From: Vicugna vicugna
Taxonomy: Eukaryota
NCBI GenBank assembly: GCA_013265495.1
Contig: MU058009.1
Coordinates: 3,863,780 to 3,927,779, forward strand
Direction of reading: 5' to 3'
DNA length: 64,000 nt
The notes below the pieces were generated by a model. That model searched no databases. It had not been told where the DNA came from and worked only from the letters and a program-made list of their open reading frames with translations. The position numbers and the translations under genes are program-made. Shown piece after piece: positions 12,001 through 22,580 of the stretch. Every line of letters begins with the position of its first letter. Positions within the stretch are counted from its first letter, which is position 1.

Positions 12001-13557
12001 TCTTGCGTTTTGCTCTTTATAGTCCAACATGCCGTTTATTCACCCAGCTGTCCAAGCTGGAAACTTCTGAGTCTTTCTAAAAACCCACTTCTCTCCCCAC
12101 CCTCCCTCTGTATCGAACTGGCACCTCTTCCTGTTCATGGTGTCACAGACAGACTCTCCATCCGTCACCGCACTGGTCCCGCTGCTGTGCGTTGGCTCCA
12201 GCCCCGTCGTCCCCGCAGTTCTGCCCCCGCCGTCCGCCACCTGCGCCTCTGGTCTTTGCAGCATCATTGTCTTGTTTTCCTTAAACACAGAGTTGGCCAC
12301 GTCAGCGTGAACACTGACTTTCTCAGTGTGAGATGTCAGTGGGGAGAATTTCAAGGCAATGCATCGGTTGTGATTTTGATAAAATGCCCTCTTGCTTTTG
12401 ATTTCCGTGGGTCTTTTTGTCACACAGAGTCTCGTAACCTCAAGCCTGGTCTTGTCTTTCTCACCTGTCTGCGAGGTGTGGTGTGTGTGCCCTTAGAGGG
12501 CGCGGAAGCAGTCACTGACGGTTGTGTAGACGGTTTCCTTTTGCCAGGATGCATGGTCCAGGTCTGTGAACGATGTATCTTTTTCCATAGGCATACGTGC
12601 ATTTTTAAACTTTTGAATATTATTTTATATTTATACTCTTTTATAAAAAAATGCCTATATTACCTTAATTACATACAGATCAATATTGGAAGCAGGGAGT
12701 GATAATGAGTCACCTGTCAGTTTTATCAGAACATACACACATTAAAACATTGATTTGTTATAGAAGCAGAGTGGGAGAAAAAAAAAGCTGTATTTTTCAT
12801 TTTATTAAAGAGCTGTACCCTCTGAGAGGAGTCGGATCAAGTAGGAATATTCATTACTGTTACTATTCTGCAAAGCAGCATACACCTGGGAAGGTTCCAG
12901 CGTCATGTGCTGGAGTCATTTGTTCCCAGTTATGTGTTTTGGTTTCTTTTTTGATTGATTCCGTTGATATAATGTAATGTTTTACATTAACATTATTGCA
13001 GTGATAATCACTTATGAATTTATAGCATTAGCATGATGAGTATAATTATTAACCAAATATTAAAGTCTTGCTTTAAGGGAAAATGGCAGCTGTGGAATTC
13101 TGCTGTTCCCCGTCTCCATGAGTTAAATGCAAACCCCCTTGGCCAGCGTTCAAGGTCCGTTGGGATCCACTAACCTGACTTCCACCTTCTTTGCTCCACG
13201 AACCAGGACCTTGCCCTCTGGTTTTCTTTCCTGGCTTTTTAACCCATTTGACACCATCCTGTTTTCCCATGCCTTTAAAAGTACTCTAGAGTGTTAGTTT
13301 AATAGCCGTATAGTAATCTAGGTCTACTTAGGCCATCATTTATGTAACATCTTCATTTTGTTGAGAGTTAGGATAATGTCCAATTATGTGGTGTTAGGAA
13401 TAATGTTACAAAGAACATCATTGTTGATAACTTTTTGTCTATATCAATAGATAGTTTTTTTTTTCTGTAGTAACTTATTGACAACCTGAAAATGTGCTTG
13501 AAATAGCAGCTGGTGGCAGAGCCTGGCCCGGGAGAGACGCACCTGCTGACAAAGGAC

Positions 13558-14313
13558 TTTTTTTTTTCTTCTTCTTTAACGTATTCTAGTTTATTTTTGA
13601 AAGGAAGTGAATACATGAAAACACAGGAACACTGTTGATGCAATTCAGTTGTTAACAAAGTGCATGTAGCTTTCAATGTAAATATTGTTTGATACATTAC
13701 AGCTAAGTAAAAAGCTAACAAAATCAAAATGAAGATTCAGCTTAGTACCTAGGATACGGAAAATATGAGACAAGAATATAAATTCTAGATAAACAGTAAC
13801 AAAATTGGGAGGAATATTCTTCTCCCCACCCCCGACACAAAAAAGCCAACTGAAAAATAGTCTGAAGTTAGTTGGATTTCTGCTTCCCAAGCAACCAGAC
13901 AAGCTACACAATAATACCAACATGCAATACCTGAAATGTAGAATCACATTCTGACTGCTGCTCTTGGGTGTCTGCATTTAATTTACAATTCTCTGGTGTC
14001 TGGCTGATTTCATCTTGCAGAACAGGAGATATGCCATGAGCATCATCTACAGAAGCACTGTCAGACAAGGCATCTAACTTTTCAGGGGAACCAGCTATGT
14101 GAAGCTTACTATCTCCAGTCCCTTCATCCAAATGGGTCCTCTCATCAGCATCGTCTAACTGTTGAACTGAAGTTAAATACTGTTCAAGCAGACTGTTATC
14201 CTGCTCGTGGTTTGAGCTTCCCTTACTCCATTCACCATGTTCTTCACTACCATCCCCTAGGTCTGGCTCTTTGCCATGTTTGACTGTGTCAGTGGAATTC
14301 CCCATTATGGAAT
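13558..14313 (-). pseudogene. CEP97: 5'-truncated processed (retro)copy of CEP97: C-terminal coding part, 3'UTR, polyA signal and A-tail
   Basis: Translation [50 protein letters not shown]...DSKLHIA...ECDSTFQ.LHVG..V* is collinear with the recalled C-terminus of mammalian CEP97. Similarity stops abruptly at ~14313. AATAAA at 13590-13595 (minus) is followed 12 nt later by an A-rich tail at 13558-13577. No other CEP97 exon was seen in the window. Confidence 0.88.
13590..13595 (-). terminator. Canonical polyadenylation signal AATAAA of the retrocopy
   Basis: Minus strand reads caaa-AATAAA-ctagaatacgtt-aaagaagaagaaaaaaaaaa. Confidence 0.75.
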
Positions 14314-14317
14314 TCAT
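13904..14317 (-). CDS. CEP97: Intact 137-aa ORF: CEP97 C-terminal fragment started by a junction ATG (translation unproven)
   Basis: ORF track 13904..14317 with no stops or frameshifts; ATG in gccATGa context; ends in TAG at the CEP97-equivalent position. Confidence 0.4.
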   Translation of the reverse strand: MNSIMGNSTDTVKHGKEPDLGDGSEEHGEWSKGSSNHEQDNSLLEQYLTSVQQLDDADERTHLDEGTGDSKLHIAGSPEKLDALSDSASVDDAHGISPVLQDEISQTPENCKLNADTQEQQSECDSTFQVLHVGIIV

Positions 14318-15291
14318 GGCTAGAGACTAGAGACTGCATTGGAGAAGTTCAGGGAGGGAGACCAGGGAGGACGGGGGCAGACCTATCAGTCAGTGATTTC
14401 CCATCCGTAATTCTGCCAGCTCTCCCCCAGCTTGGAAACTGACTTGTCCATTTAATGGTCACTCTGGAAACAAGCCTGGTTTTGGAGTGGCTGACTAGCC
14501 ATTGCCATCGCAACGCGGCTGGAATATTTGATCCAGTAGCTCCCCTTGTTCCTTTCTGACTTTGATTGACAGTTTCTACTTGGGTGAGTCCTCCCTTACT
14601 TCTGCCTGCCGACCTGCCTTCCACCCGCTCTGCAAGCACAATACTGCGGGGGCCACACGCATGTTTGCTGGTGCGGCTGGGGGAGCCGGCCGTGACCGAG
14701 ACGCAGCCCGTCCTGGAGGGGAGGACCTCATCCTTCGTAGGACACACAGTCAAGGATGCTTGCCCTCGTCCCTAATCGTGCTGTTCATTTTAGTGACTCC
14801 CACTCGAGCAGCCCTGTCTCCTCCTACTTCAGGGTGGGGACACTGCTGACACCTGGAGCCTCCCCTTTGCTCGACCCCAGAAACCGCGAGCGTGTGCGAG
14901 TGAATATTCCTCTCGATGCTCTGAGTTCTTCGATGGAAACTGCCTGGACTGCTGCCACCACTTGCATTGTTATTAACCATCCAGTAATAACGTCCTTGCG
15001 ACCAGCAGCACACTCTGCCCTGTGCCGCTTACTCACGATAATCACTGTTCCACCTCTTTTTTATTGTTTCTTTACCATCACCCAGGGGCTGTTCAGGAAA
15101 TTAAAATCCAATAATAAGAACGAAGAATAATTAAAATAACACCAAGAACAATAGAAATGAAATGACAAATACTGAAAAAGGCGAGAAAACGCAACCAAGG
15201 AGCCAACTTCCCCGTGACAGGTCCTAGTAAGATCACCCAGGAATGCGTGGCAGGATCCTCCCTGAGAACTTGAAATTTCTCTCCTTCTTAC

Positions 15292-15353
15292 CTGAGGTCT
15301 CAAGAGGTGCTAGATTGTATAACACTTATTTAGCTGATCCTGCCAAGAATGTG
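15292..15353 (-). other. Candidate 62-nt non-coding exon
   Basis: A long polypyrimidine tract ending ...ttttccctcttgcag| as acceptor, and donor CAG|gtaaga; stop codons in all three frames. Confidence 0.35.
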
Positions 15354-18300
15354 CTGCAAGAGGGAAAATAAAAAGATAAAGAAAAGGAATGGCACCTCTT
15401 TCGTTCTGAGAGCCACACTGAAGAACGTCTCCCCTCTGGCGCCAGCGCCCAGGGCTCCTCGCAGCTGTCTGGGTCCTGAGCAGGCTCTGGGGGCTTCAGG
15501 GGGACTTCACCCTTCATTTCCCCCGTGCTCCGTGCACCCTTGTGGGTCCCCGCCCTCAGTCTCTCCATCTCAAAGATGGACATAGTCCCCAGGCATGCGC
15601 CACATGAGAAAAGCCGAGTAAAATGGCTGTTCCTACATGAAACACGTTCAACAGTCATGCGACAGTCCTCTCGGCGAGGCGCGTGGGTATTACACGTCAG
15701 GGGGATGGCATTTTACCGTCTCAAACAAAATCAGGAGGAAGAAAAATCAATGAACAGCCAGAATAGACACGTTCTGTTCCGTGAACCCCTTGGCAAGGTG
15801 TTTGGACAGAGGATACAGCCAGGGTTTTACCTTCAGTCGACGGTCAGTCCTGGCCGCTGTTCACAGGATGCTTGGCAGCTGCTTTGAGTGTTTCATGCTG
15901 TCACTCAGTTGCTCCTTCTGTTAATTTCATGACAAAGAGGAGCGTCGTGAGGCTGTGCACGTGTGCGGTGGGAGGAGCAGAGGAGTGGGAGGCAGGGACC
16001 TCCGCCCCGCCTCAGGCGTCCACTCAAGGCGTAACCCCCAGGGTATGGTTGAGCCACTCTGTGCGGACACCCAGAGCAGCAGAATCCTCCACACCCACAC
16101 CTCCCCATGGCTCAGCTCCCTCACACAGAAGAAGAAGGAGGGACACTGGGTAGGCTGTCCCTCCCAGCTCTGACGTTCTTCCTGCTGTTTCAAAGATGAG
16201 AACCACATCCAGGGAGGTGACTTGTCCTTGGCCGGAGGCCTCAGCGGGTCTGAACATCTAGAGCCCTGAATGGTCAGTCCTAGGTTCCCGCGTTATTTCC
16301 AAGCTACTGAAGCCGCTTTATATCCAATACGGACGCCTTTACCTGTCTTCCGTCTGCCAGGCCTGCTCCACTGCCCACCCGTTGTCCACACGTCCTCCAC
16401 AGGTGCAGGCTGTGAGGCAGCTCTGGAAATGGCACGCTCCGCCCAAGACACAAACTCTCCTGTGCCCACAAAGCAGGCGGCCCCGCCCGCCGCCTCCCCC
16501 TTCCTCACGTCCCTCAGCCCCGCGCCCCCTGGTTCTCTCCTGGACCTCACTCTCTATTCCATCTCATTTGACACTTTATCAGCTGGAGATGACGGGGCGA
16601 AGGTGTTCTGTCACTCCTGAGGTACGCTGCACGTCTGCCCAAAACTGCTCCCTCCCTGGCGGGGCAGCCCTGGACACAGCGCAGGAGAGAGAAAGAAATA
16701 GACAATTGCCTGCACTCAGTTTTGTTAAAGTGCTGCAGAAACTTCCCCTGACTTCCCTTCGGGCGGGACACGGAGAGCAGGGAAGTGGGGGGAAGAGGGT
16801 GGACGAGGAGAGCACCGTCCTGGAAGGAGGCTTGAAACCTTAGCTGAGAGGTTAGCATTGCTCGCCCACACTCCCACGTGTCGTTGGGACATGCGTTTGC
16901 TTTATAAATAAGCCGTTTCCAATTGTGGATTCCTCCTTGGGGAGCAGTGTCGTTGCAAGATTCCTGCACAGAGGGACTGTCCTCTGGGAGCTTAGAATCG
17001 TATCTGCTCCTTCAGATGCACGCGGGGGCTCTACGTTCCATATTTAGAAAGCTGCTACTTCTGGGTGTCTGGCTGTCAGGCCAGTGGTGTCATTGGGTTC
17101 TGGAGTGTCTGGCATCATTGGATAAGGCATCCCCCCAAATCGGGCGGCTCATCTGGAGGGGACAGCTGGTCACGTGAGATAAACCCCAGCCACTCGTGCA
17201 GTGAGGGCTGAGAAAGGACACAAGTGGTTGGGAGGATTCTCGGGGGACTGGAGGGGGCAGGGCAGAGCTGCAGGAGTGGGGGGTGGACCTCACCCCCCTG
17301 TCTTAGACCCACCCCCAGCCCGACCTGCAGCAGCCGCGATGAAGGAGAACATCTGCTTGGAAGCTCAGTCGGCCTACGTGCTCGGCTCCCCCGTCAGCAG
17401 AAGAGGAGCCATTCGTGCTGTTTGTTTTACCCCCCTCCCCCGCTTTTATCTGGCGTAAACTGTTGATTTTTCAGCATTTTCTTATTTGTTATTTCACTTG
17501 CCCTCCAGGACTCAGAAAAAAACCATCAGGACATCATTCTCCGTCTCCCTCCCTGATCCTGGGGGAAGATGAATAGACCTGCTTTTATGATGTCTGCGCT
17601 CTCTGCTCCCTTTCCTCTTTTTCTTTCTTTTTTATGTGCCTCCTCCTCCTCCCCTCCCCTTGCTTCCACAAATATCTTCCGCTTGGAATCTGATTCTTGG
17701 TTTCTGCCCTGGAGGGAGGCAGGGAGGTGGCGGGGGAGCTGCCATTCTTCCCAAACTCTGTTGGAAATATTAATGCCCAGCACAGGGCTGACACCCCAGA
17801 CCCCGGGTTCCCATCCTCGGCGTTTTCTCTCCCTTGTCCAATTCAGTTTCAGGAGTGAAATGGCTTTTTTTTTGATATGAAAATTAACTTCCGGACAAAA
17901 AGAAATGTGGCTGCACAGGGGCTGAGTCTGTGTTGTCTCACAACACGGCTGTAATTACACTGTAGTTCAAACTGACTCCTTCATCCTCGGAACGTGTTTC
18001 CCTCTCGAGGTCCCCGAGGCTGCCGGGGAAGCCAGCAGCAGCGGTTTTCACTGGCGGTGGAGCCAGGGTCTGGCGATGGGTGCGCTGGGTTAGCCGCCAT
18101 TCCCAGGTCCCTCTCCTCACATTCTTTTCCTGGTTGGACACGTAGACAGACAGATGGACCCGGCACTCAGGTCTCCGGCCACAGCGCGAGGGTGACGGTT
18201 GGCGGTGATGGAGGTTCCCTTGGTCCTGTCGGTGGCACACACTACCGCTCCTCTGCTTTTCGATGTCAGCACCAAAAAGGATCTGACATTTCCCGTGGCC

Positions 18301-19254
18301 TCTGCACACTTCCCGTGACCACCCTGCCTTCCAGAAGCCTGTGCTCACCTGCTAAAGGTGGTCACTGTGAATTAACATCAAGGCGTGGACTTGTGAAATA
18401 CAGCAGAACCAACAAGACATTTTCCAGACTAATGAAAGTGAAGCGGCTTTTATACTGTGTTCAATAGTCTGAATTCCAGAGGAATTTCCAGGAAAATCAT
18501 GGCTTCTGTTCATATCCCAGCTCCCATAACTCATTCTAAATTGCTTATGTATATAGCTGCACCCCCGTTTGGCATAATTAAGCATTGAGATCTATGGTCC
18601 TCAAGTGGACATTTACTCTTTGCCAACAAGCCACGTATCACTCCCCAAAGACGCCTGTTTGATTCCGACATCTACAAGGTGAATACAAACTATTTGTTCA
18701 CAAATGTGACTAGCATTTCTCTGATTTCCCCATAAGATGTTGGGTCCAGATGATTTGTGTGTGGAGAGAGGACTGTTTGGACATAGTTTGTACATTAGAA
18801 GGTCAGCCTGGGAGGTGCGGACAGCTCTCGTCAAAGGAGCCGAAGCTCAAGAATGAGCTTGTCTGTTCTCTCAGACTGAGCTGCGTGCCGGGGAGGTGGG
18901 CGTCCATCTCCGAAGACTTGCCACTGGCCCACAGTGGCCGTTTAGCTGGTCTTCCCATCTGCCCAGTGAGGTGCTCTGCTCCTGGCTGGGGTCGCAGGGT
19001 TTCCCACAGGAGAGGAGGAACGGTACCGTGTTCCCGTGCATCCCGGAGGGGACGCTGGGCTGCCACGGGCTGCCTGAGGTCCTGACTTCTCGTCACTCCT
19101 CAGACTCAGACAGACACACAGCAGCTGGCGGGGGGTGGAGACCCTGCAAACCCCAGGAGCGAGGGGCTCACATGAAGGGGAAACGCCAAGGAGGAGGAGG
19201 CAGCTGCACGCACGGTCCGTGAGACCCAGGAGTGTGATTAGCTGACATTTTAGT

Positions 19255-19550
19255 TAAATGGAAAAATCAATGGGTTGGGAGTCGGGTCTGGGTTTGAAGC
19301 CTCCCTTTGACGCGTCCCAGCACAGTGCTGAGTCAGCGGCTGTCTTCACTGCCTCTGCATTTCCTTACCTCCAACAGCAGAATGATGTCCAAACCCCAGC
19401 CCCCCAGCTGCCGCCTCCGGGGCTCTGGGAGAGCCACTCATGTGTGCGCGCCTCAGTTTCCACATCTGTGCAACCAGGAAAATACCTCCCGCCTGTCCTG
19501 AAGGGCGTGGTGGATGAGACGGTCTGATGTGCCCACGAGCCCTAAGGTGC
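19255..19550 (+). mobile_element. Two adjacent MIR fragments
   Basis: 'gggttgggagtcgggtctgggtttgaagcct' and 'gcctcagtttccacatctgtgcaaccagg'. Confidence 0.65.
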
Positions 19551-22379
19551 ACGCTCCCGACAGGACGAGCAGTCCGCAAATTCGCCCCTCTGTCACTCGT
19601 GAGTGGCTCTTACTGGTTCTCTTACTGGTTTTAGCGCATTCTACACAGAACCAGATAGTTCCCACCTAGTAACTGGACTAGATTAGGGCCCTGGTTTAAC
19701 CCTGTGTATGCTTTTAAATGGCTTACACTAAAACCCCTAGAAAATTTTTATTTTCTGAAATTTTTTTCTTAACTCTGGTGTTTCCTTCCTTTAATCCATG
19801 ATTCTCTCTCCCTCTCTTTCTTCCTTTCTCTCTCTGTGTCCTCCATACAGTAAAGCAAAGCTGCAGGCAGTCAATTTCAAGTCAGCGGGCTGTGAAAAGC
19901 CGTTAGAGTAATAGTTTATTGACCCTGAATGTGGCAGCTGGAACTGAGGGCAGGCCAGGCTCGGATGCTGCGAATTCGTCGCAATGGAAGTTTGAGCACC
20001 TTTGATCATGTCAGAGACCTTCATGAGACGGGATGTTTGCAGGGAACCTGGCCAACACCTCCGGGGTCCAGGGAGACAGCTCCCCGGGGAGGGCTGGGTG
20101 TGGGGGGAGAGGAGGCAGGTGGCCCACGGGGATGAGAGCCTGCCTTCTGTGCTCACCTGGCGCGGCGGGCTCTGCCTCTCTGGATCTGAGTGTCTGAGCG
20201 ATGAGAGATCGCCGAGCTCCTCCGGTAATGCTGATCCCCAGTGTCACGGATGTCCGAGCCGCAGAGGAACTCTCTGTTTTTCAGATCATCTTTGGCAACT
20301 GGAATTTTGCTCTCAACTGTTGACTGGTCCTCTTCATGCACTGAGATGACCACCGACTTTCTGATGGAAACATAGTTATGGAGTAAACTACATTTAGGCT
20401 AATTTAATATTTTAATATTATAACTGACTTGTTTGCAAGTGGAATTACAAATAAAAAAGATAATTGAAAGGTGAGACTAGGGGAAAAACTCATTGAGAAA
20501 GAGGAGGGTGAATAAGTGAACAGATAAGTGATGGCTTCTAATTTGCATAATTTGTGAATCGTATAATAAAATAGAAAACCAAGAATTTATGCTAATAGAA
20601 TACCATACATTTAATAAAGAAATTCAAAATATGTAAGTTCTGGGCAAAATTGGTTGTGGCCTTTAAAAACTATTTCTAAATAACAGTGTTACCACATCCT
20701 GTGACACTTTCCCTTCATTGGTCGTGCTTGGATTTGTTCATTTTGAGATCCTTGAGTTCAACTATTTATATGGAGAGAAACACTATGTAAATGATTTTCT
20801 AATTTTTAAAAGGAAGCAATATAACTCAAGAGCGTCTGAGTGCCTTTCGGTTTCTGCATCTGCAATCTGATGTGAGTTTTCTCTTGGGCTGCGGGAGCAA
20901 CCTACGTGAGCTGCCAAAAAACTGATTTCTAGCCAAGGTGTCTCCAGTATTAGACAAAAGGGCACTTATGTCAATTTAAAGATGCTGTGAGCTCTGGGTA
21001 AAATACACAAGAGGAGAAGCATTAATTGTTTTCATTGAATCTATTTTCACTAAGAGCAGAAGTCCTGACAAACAAGTTTGTCAGCTAAGAGACAAGGTAA
21101 GGGGAACCGATTGCTCTGGGAAAAGTGGAAAACAGGGGCCACGTACTCAGGTCGAGTGGAATCTGGGTGCAGGGTGAGAGGCCGGAAATGAAATAGTGCT
21201 TGTTTTCACAGCAGCAGCCCAGCCAGAGCGCAGATCCCATGTGAAGGGGCTCGGTGCCCAAGTGCTGACTGAGGAGACGTGTGCAGTGTGCAGGGGCGTC
21301 TCCAGGGGCTGACGCTAGAGGCTAATAGGTTCACCTTCACTTTTTTCAATGGTTTGAGCATTTCTGTGGACCATCTGAGGTCTTCATGCTTGATCCTCTG
21401 GTCAGTTCTGCAAGGAGGGATTTCAGAAAAACCATCTCTTCCCCACGCGCACCCCCCATGAAGTGTACAGGAGCTCCCACCAGAGCTGAGACTTGCCGGA
21501 AACCTCCCAGACCTTGCTGAACGTGTAACGAGTCGTTTCTGTATTATGAACCTTTTCCTAGTTGTGTATTTTGCTGACTCTTGTTGGCATTGGTTTTCCA
21601 CATTTTAAAAGTATTAATTCTAGGTTAGGGCAGATCTGTTTCTGGCGTCCGGTGATTCCTTAAGGAATAATTTTGCAGCTAGTGCAGAAGTGAAGGTAAA
21701 ATGTAAAAGCCATATTATGAGCTTTGCATTTACAAAATTTCCCTTCAAAGAAAGAAGACAACCAACACGCCATTTTCTAGGAACCAGGTATGGCAAGTCC
21801 CTGCAGCAAAATAAAACCAAACAAAATATGCTAGAACCTTCCTGGTGCTCGACCTCAGAGGGGCAATTTGCTGTGTGGATATTAAACGCATTCAGGGCCA
21901 TGAATCCAATGAGCCCTGATTGCTCCGTGCAGCGTTCCTACTGAGTGCTTGGCCAGGACGATGGTCTGTCCGGCAGAGTGAGGACATCCTGCTTTCCACG
22001 TGTGTTTGCGAGTCGCTGTCCCTTCGGGCGGTTTGCTTCCACGTTGCAGGAAGAGCAGGCGGGACACAGTACGGTCGGGAAGTCGTGTGAAAGAGTGAAG
22101 GCGGCTGTTCTTATTTTTCTGAAAATGTATACACTCTCCTGCCCGATGCAGATGAATTGTGTTTTTATGTGAAGCTTTCAGCTCAGTGCTTTGGGGCAGG
22201 GCTGCCGTACCCAGCCCCACCCCCGATACGCAGAGAACCGTCCATCTACCCCTTCTGGCTCCCCAACCAAATACAGCCTTGGGGGCTTTTTCTGTCTCTC
22301 TCAGGGTATATTCTGACTTTAGAAATCTGTCAGCGCGGGACCGGTTCTTAGGATGAAACCTAGTGTCTTCTTACACAAG

Positions 22380-22580
22380 AAGCTCTTGACCTGTCAGACT
22401 TCGCCCGGCTTTGAGAAGCAAGTCTTACTCCGCCTTCAGAGACAACTGACTTTCTCTGAGTCTCCGCCCAGGCCTCTCAGCCTTTCCTGATCCCCCGCCG
22501 GGGAAGCAGAGGTAATTACTCCTAACTTTAAGGAGCTGTTGACAGGACTAATTTGTTAATGTTTGTGAAGCACTTAGGTA
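22380..22580 (+). mobile_element. MIR/MIR3 SINE, diverged
   Basis: 'ctcagcctttcctgatc...taattactcctaactttaaggagctgttgacaggactaatttgttaatgtttgtgaagcactt'. Confidence 0.6.

Noticed and set aside
12010..12702. 230-aa plus-strand ORF
   Set aside because: Non-ATG start, no recognisable domain, and composition drifts from GC-rich to AT-rich; likely a chance ORF.
13558..14317. The true CEP97 gene's last exon
   Set aside because: Similarity begins mid-way through the C-terminal coding region, no upstream CEP97 exons (LRR or IQ) were recognised in the ~50 kb upstream, and a genomic A-tail follows the polyA signal.
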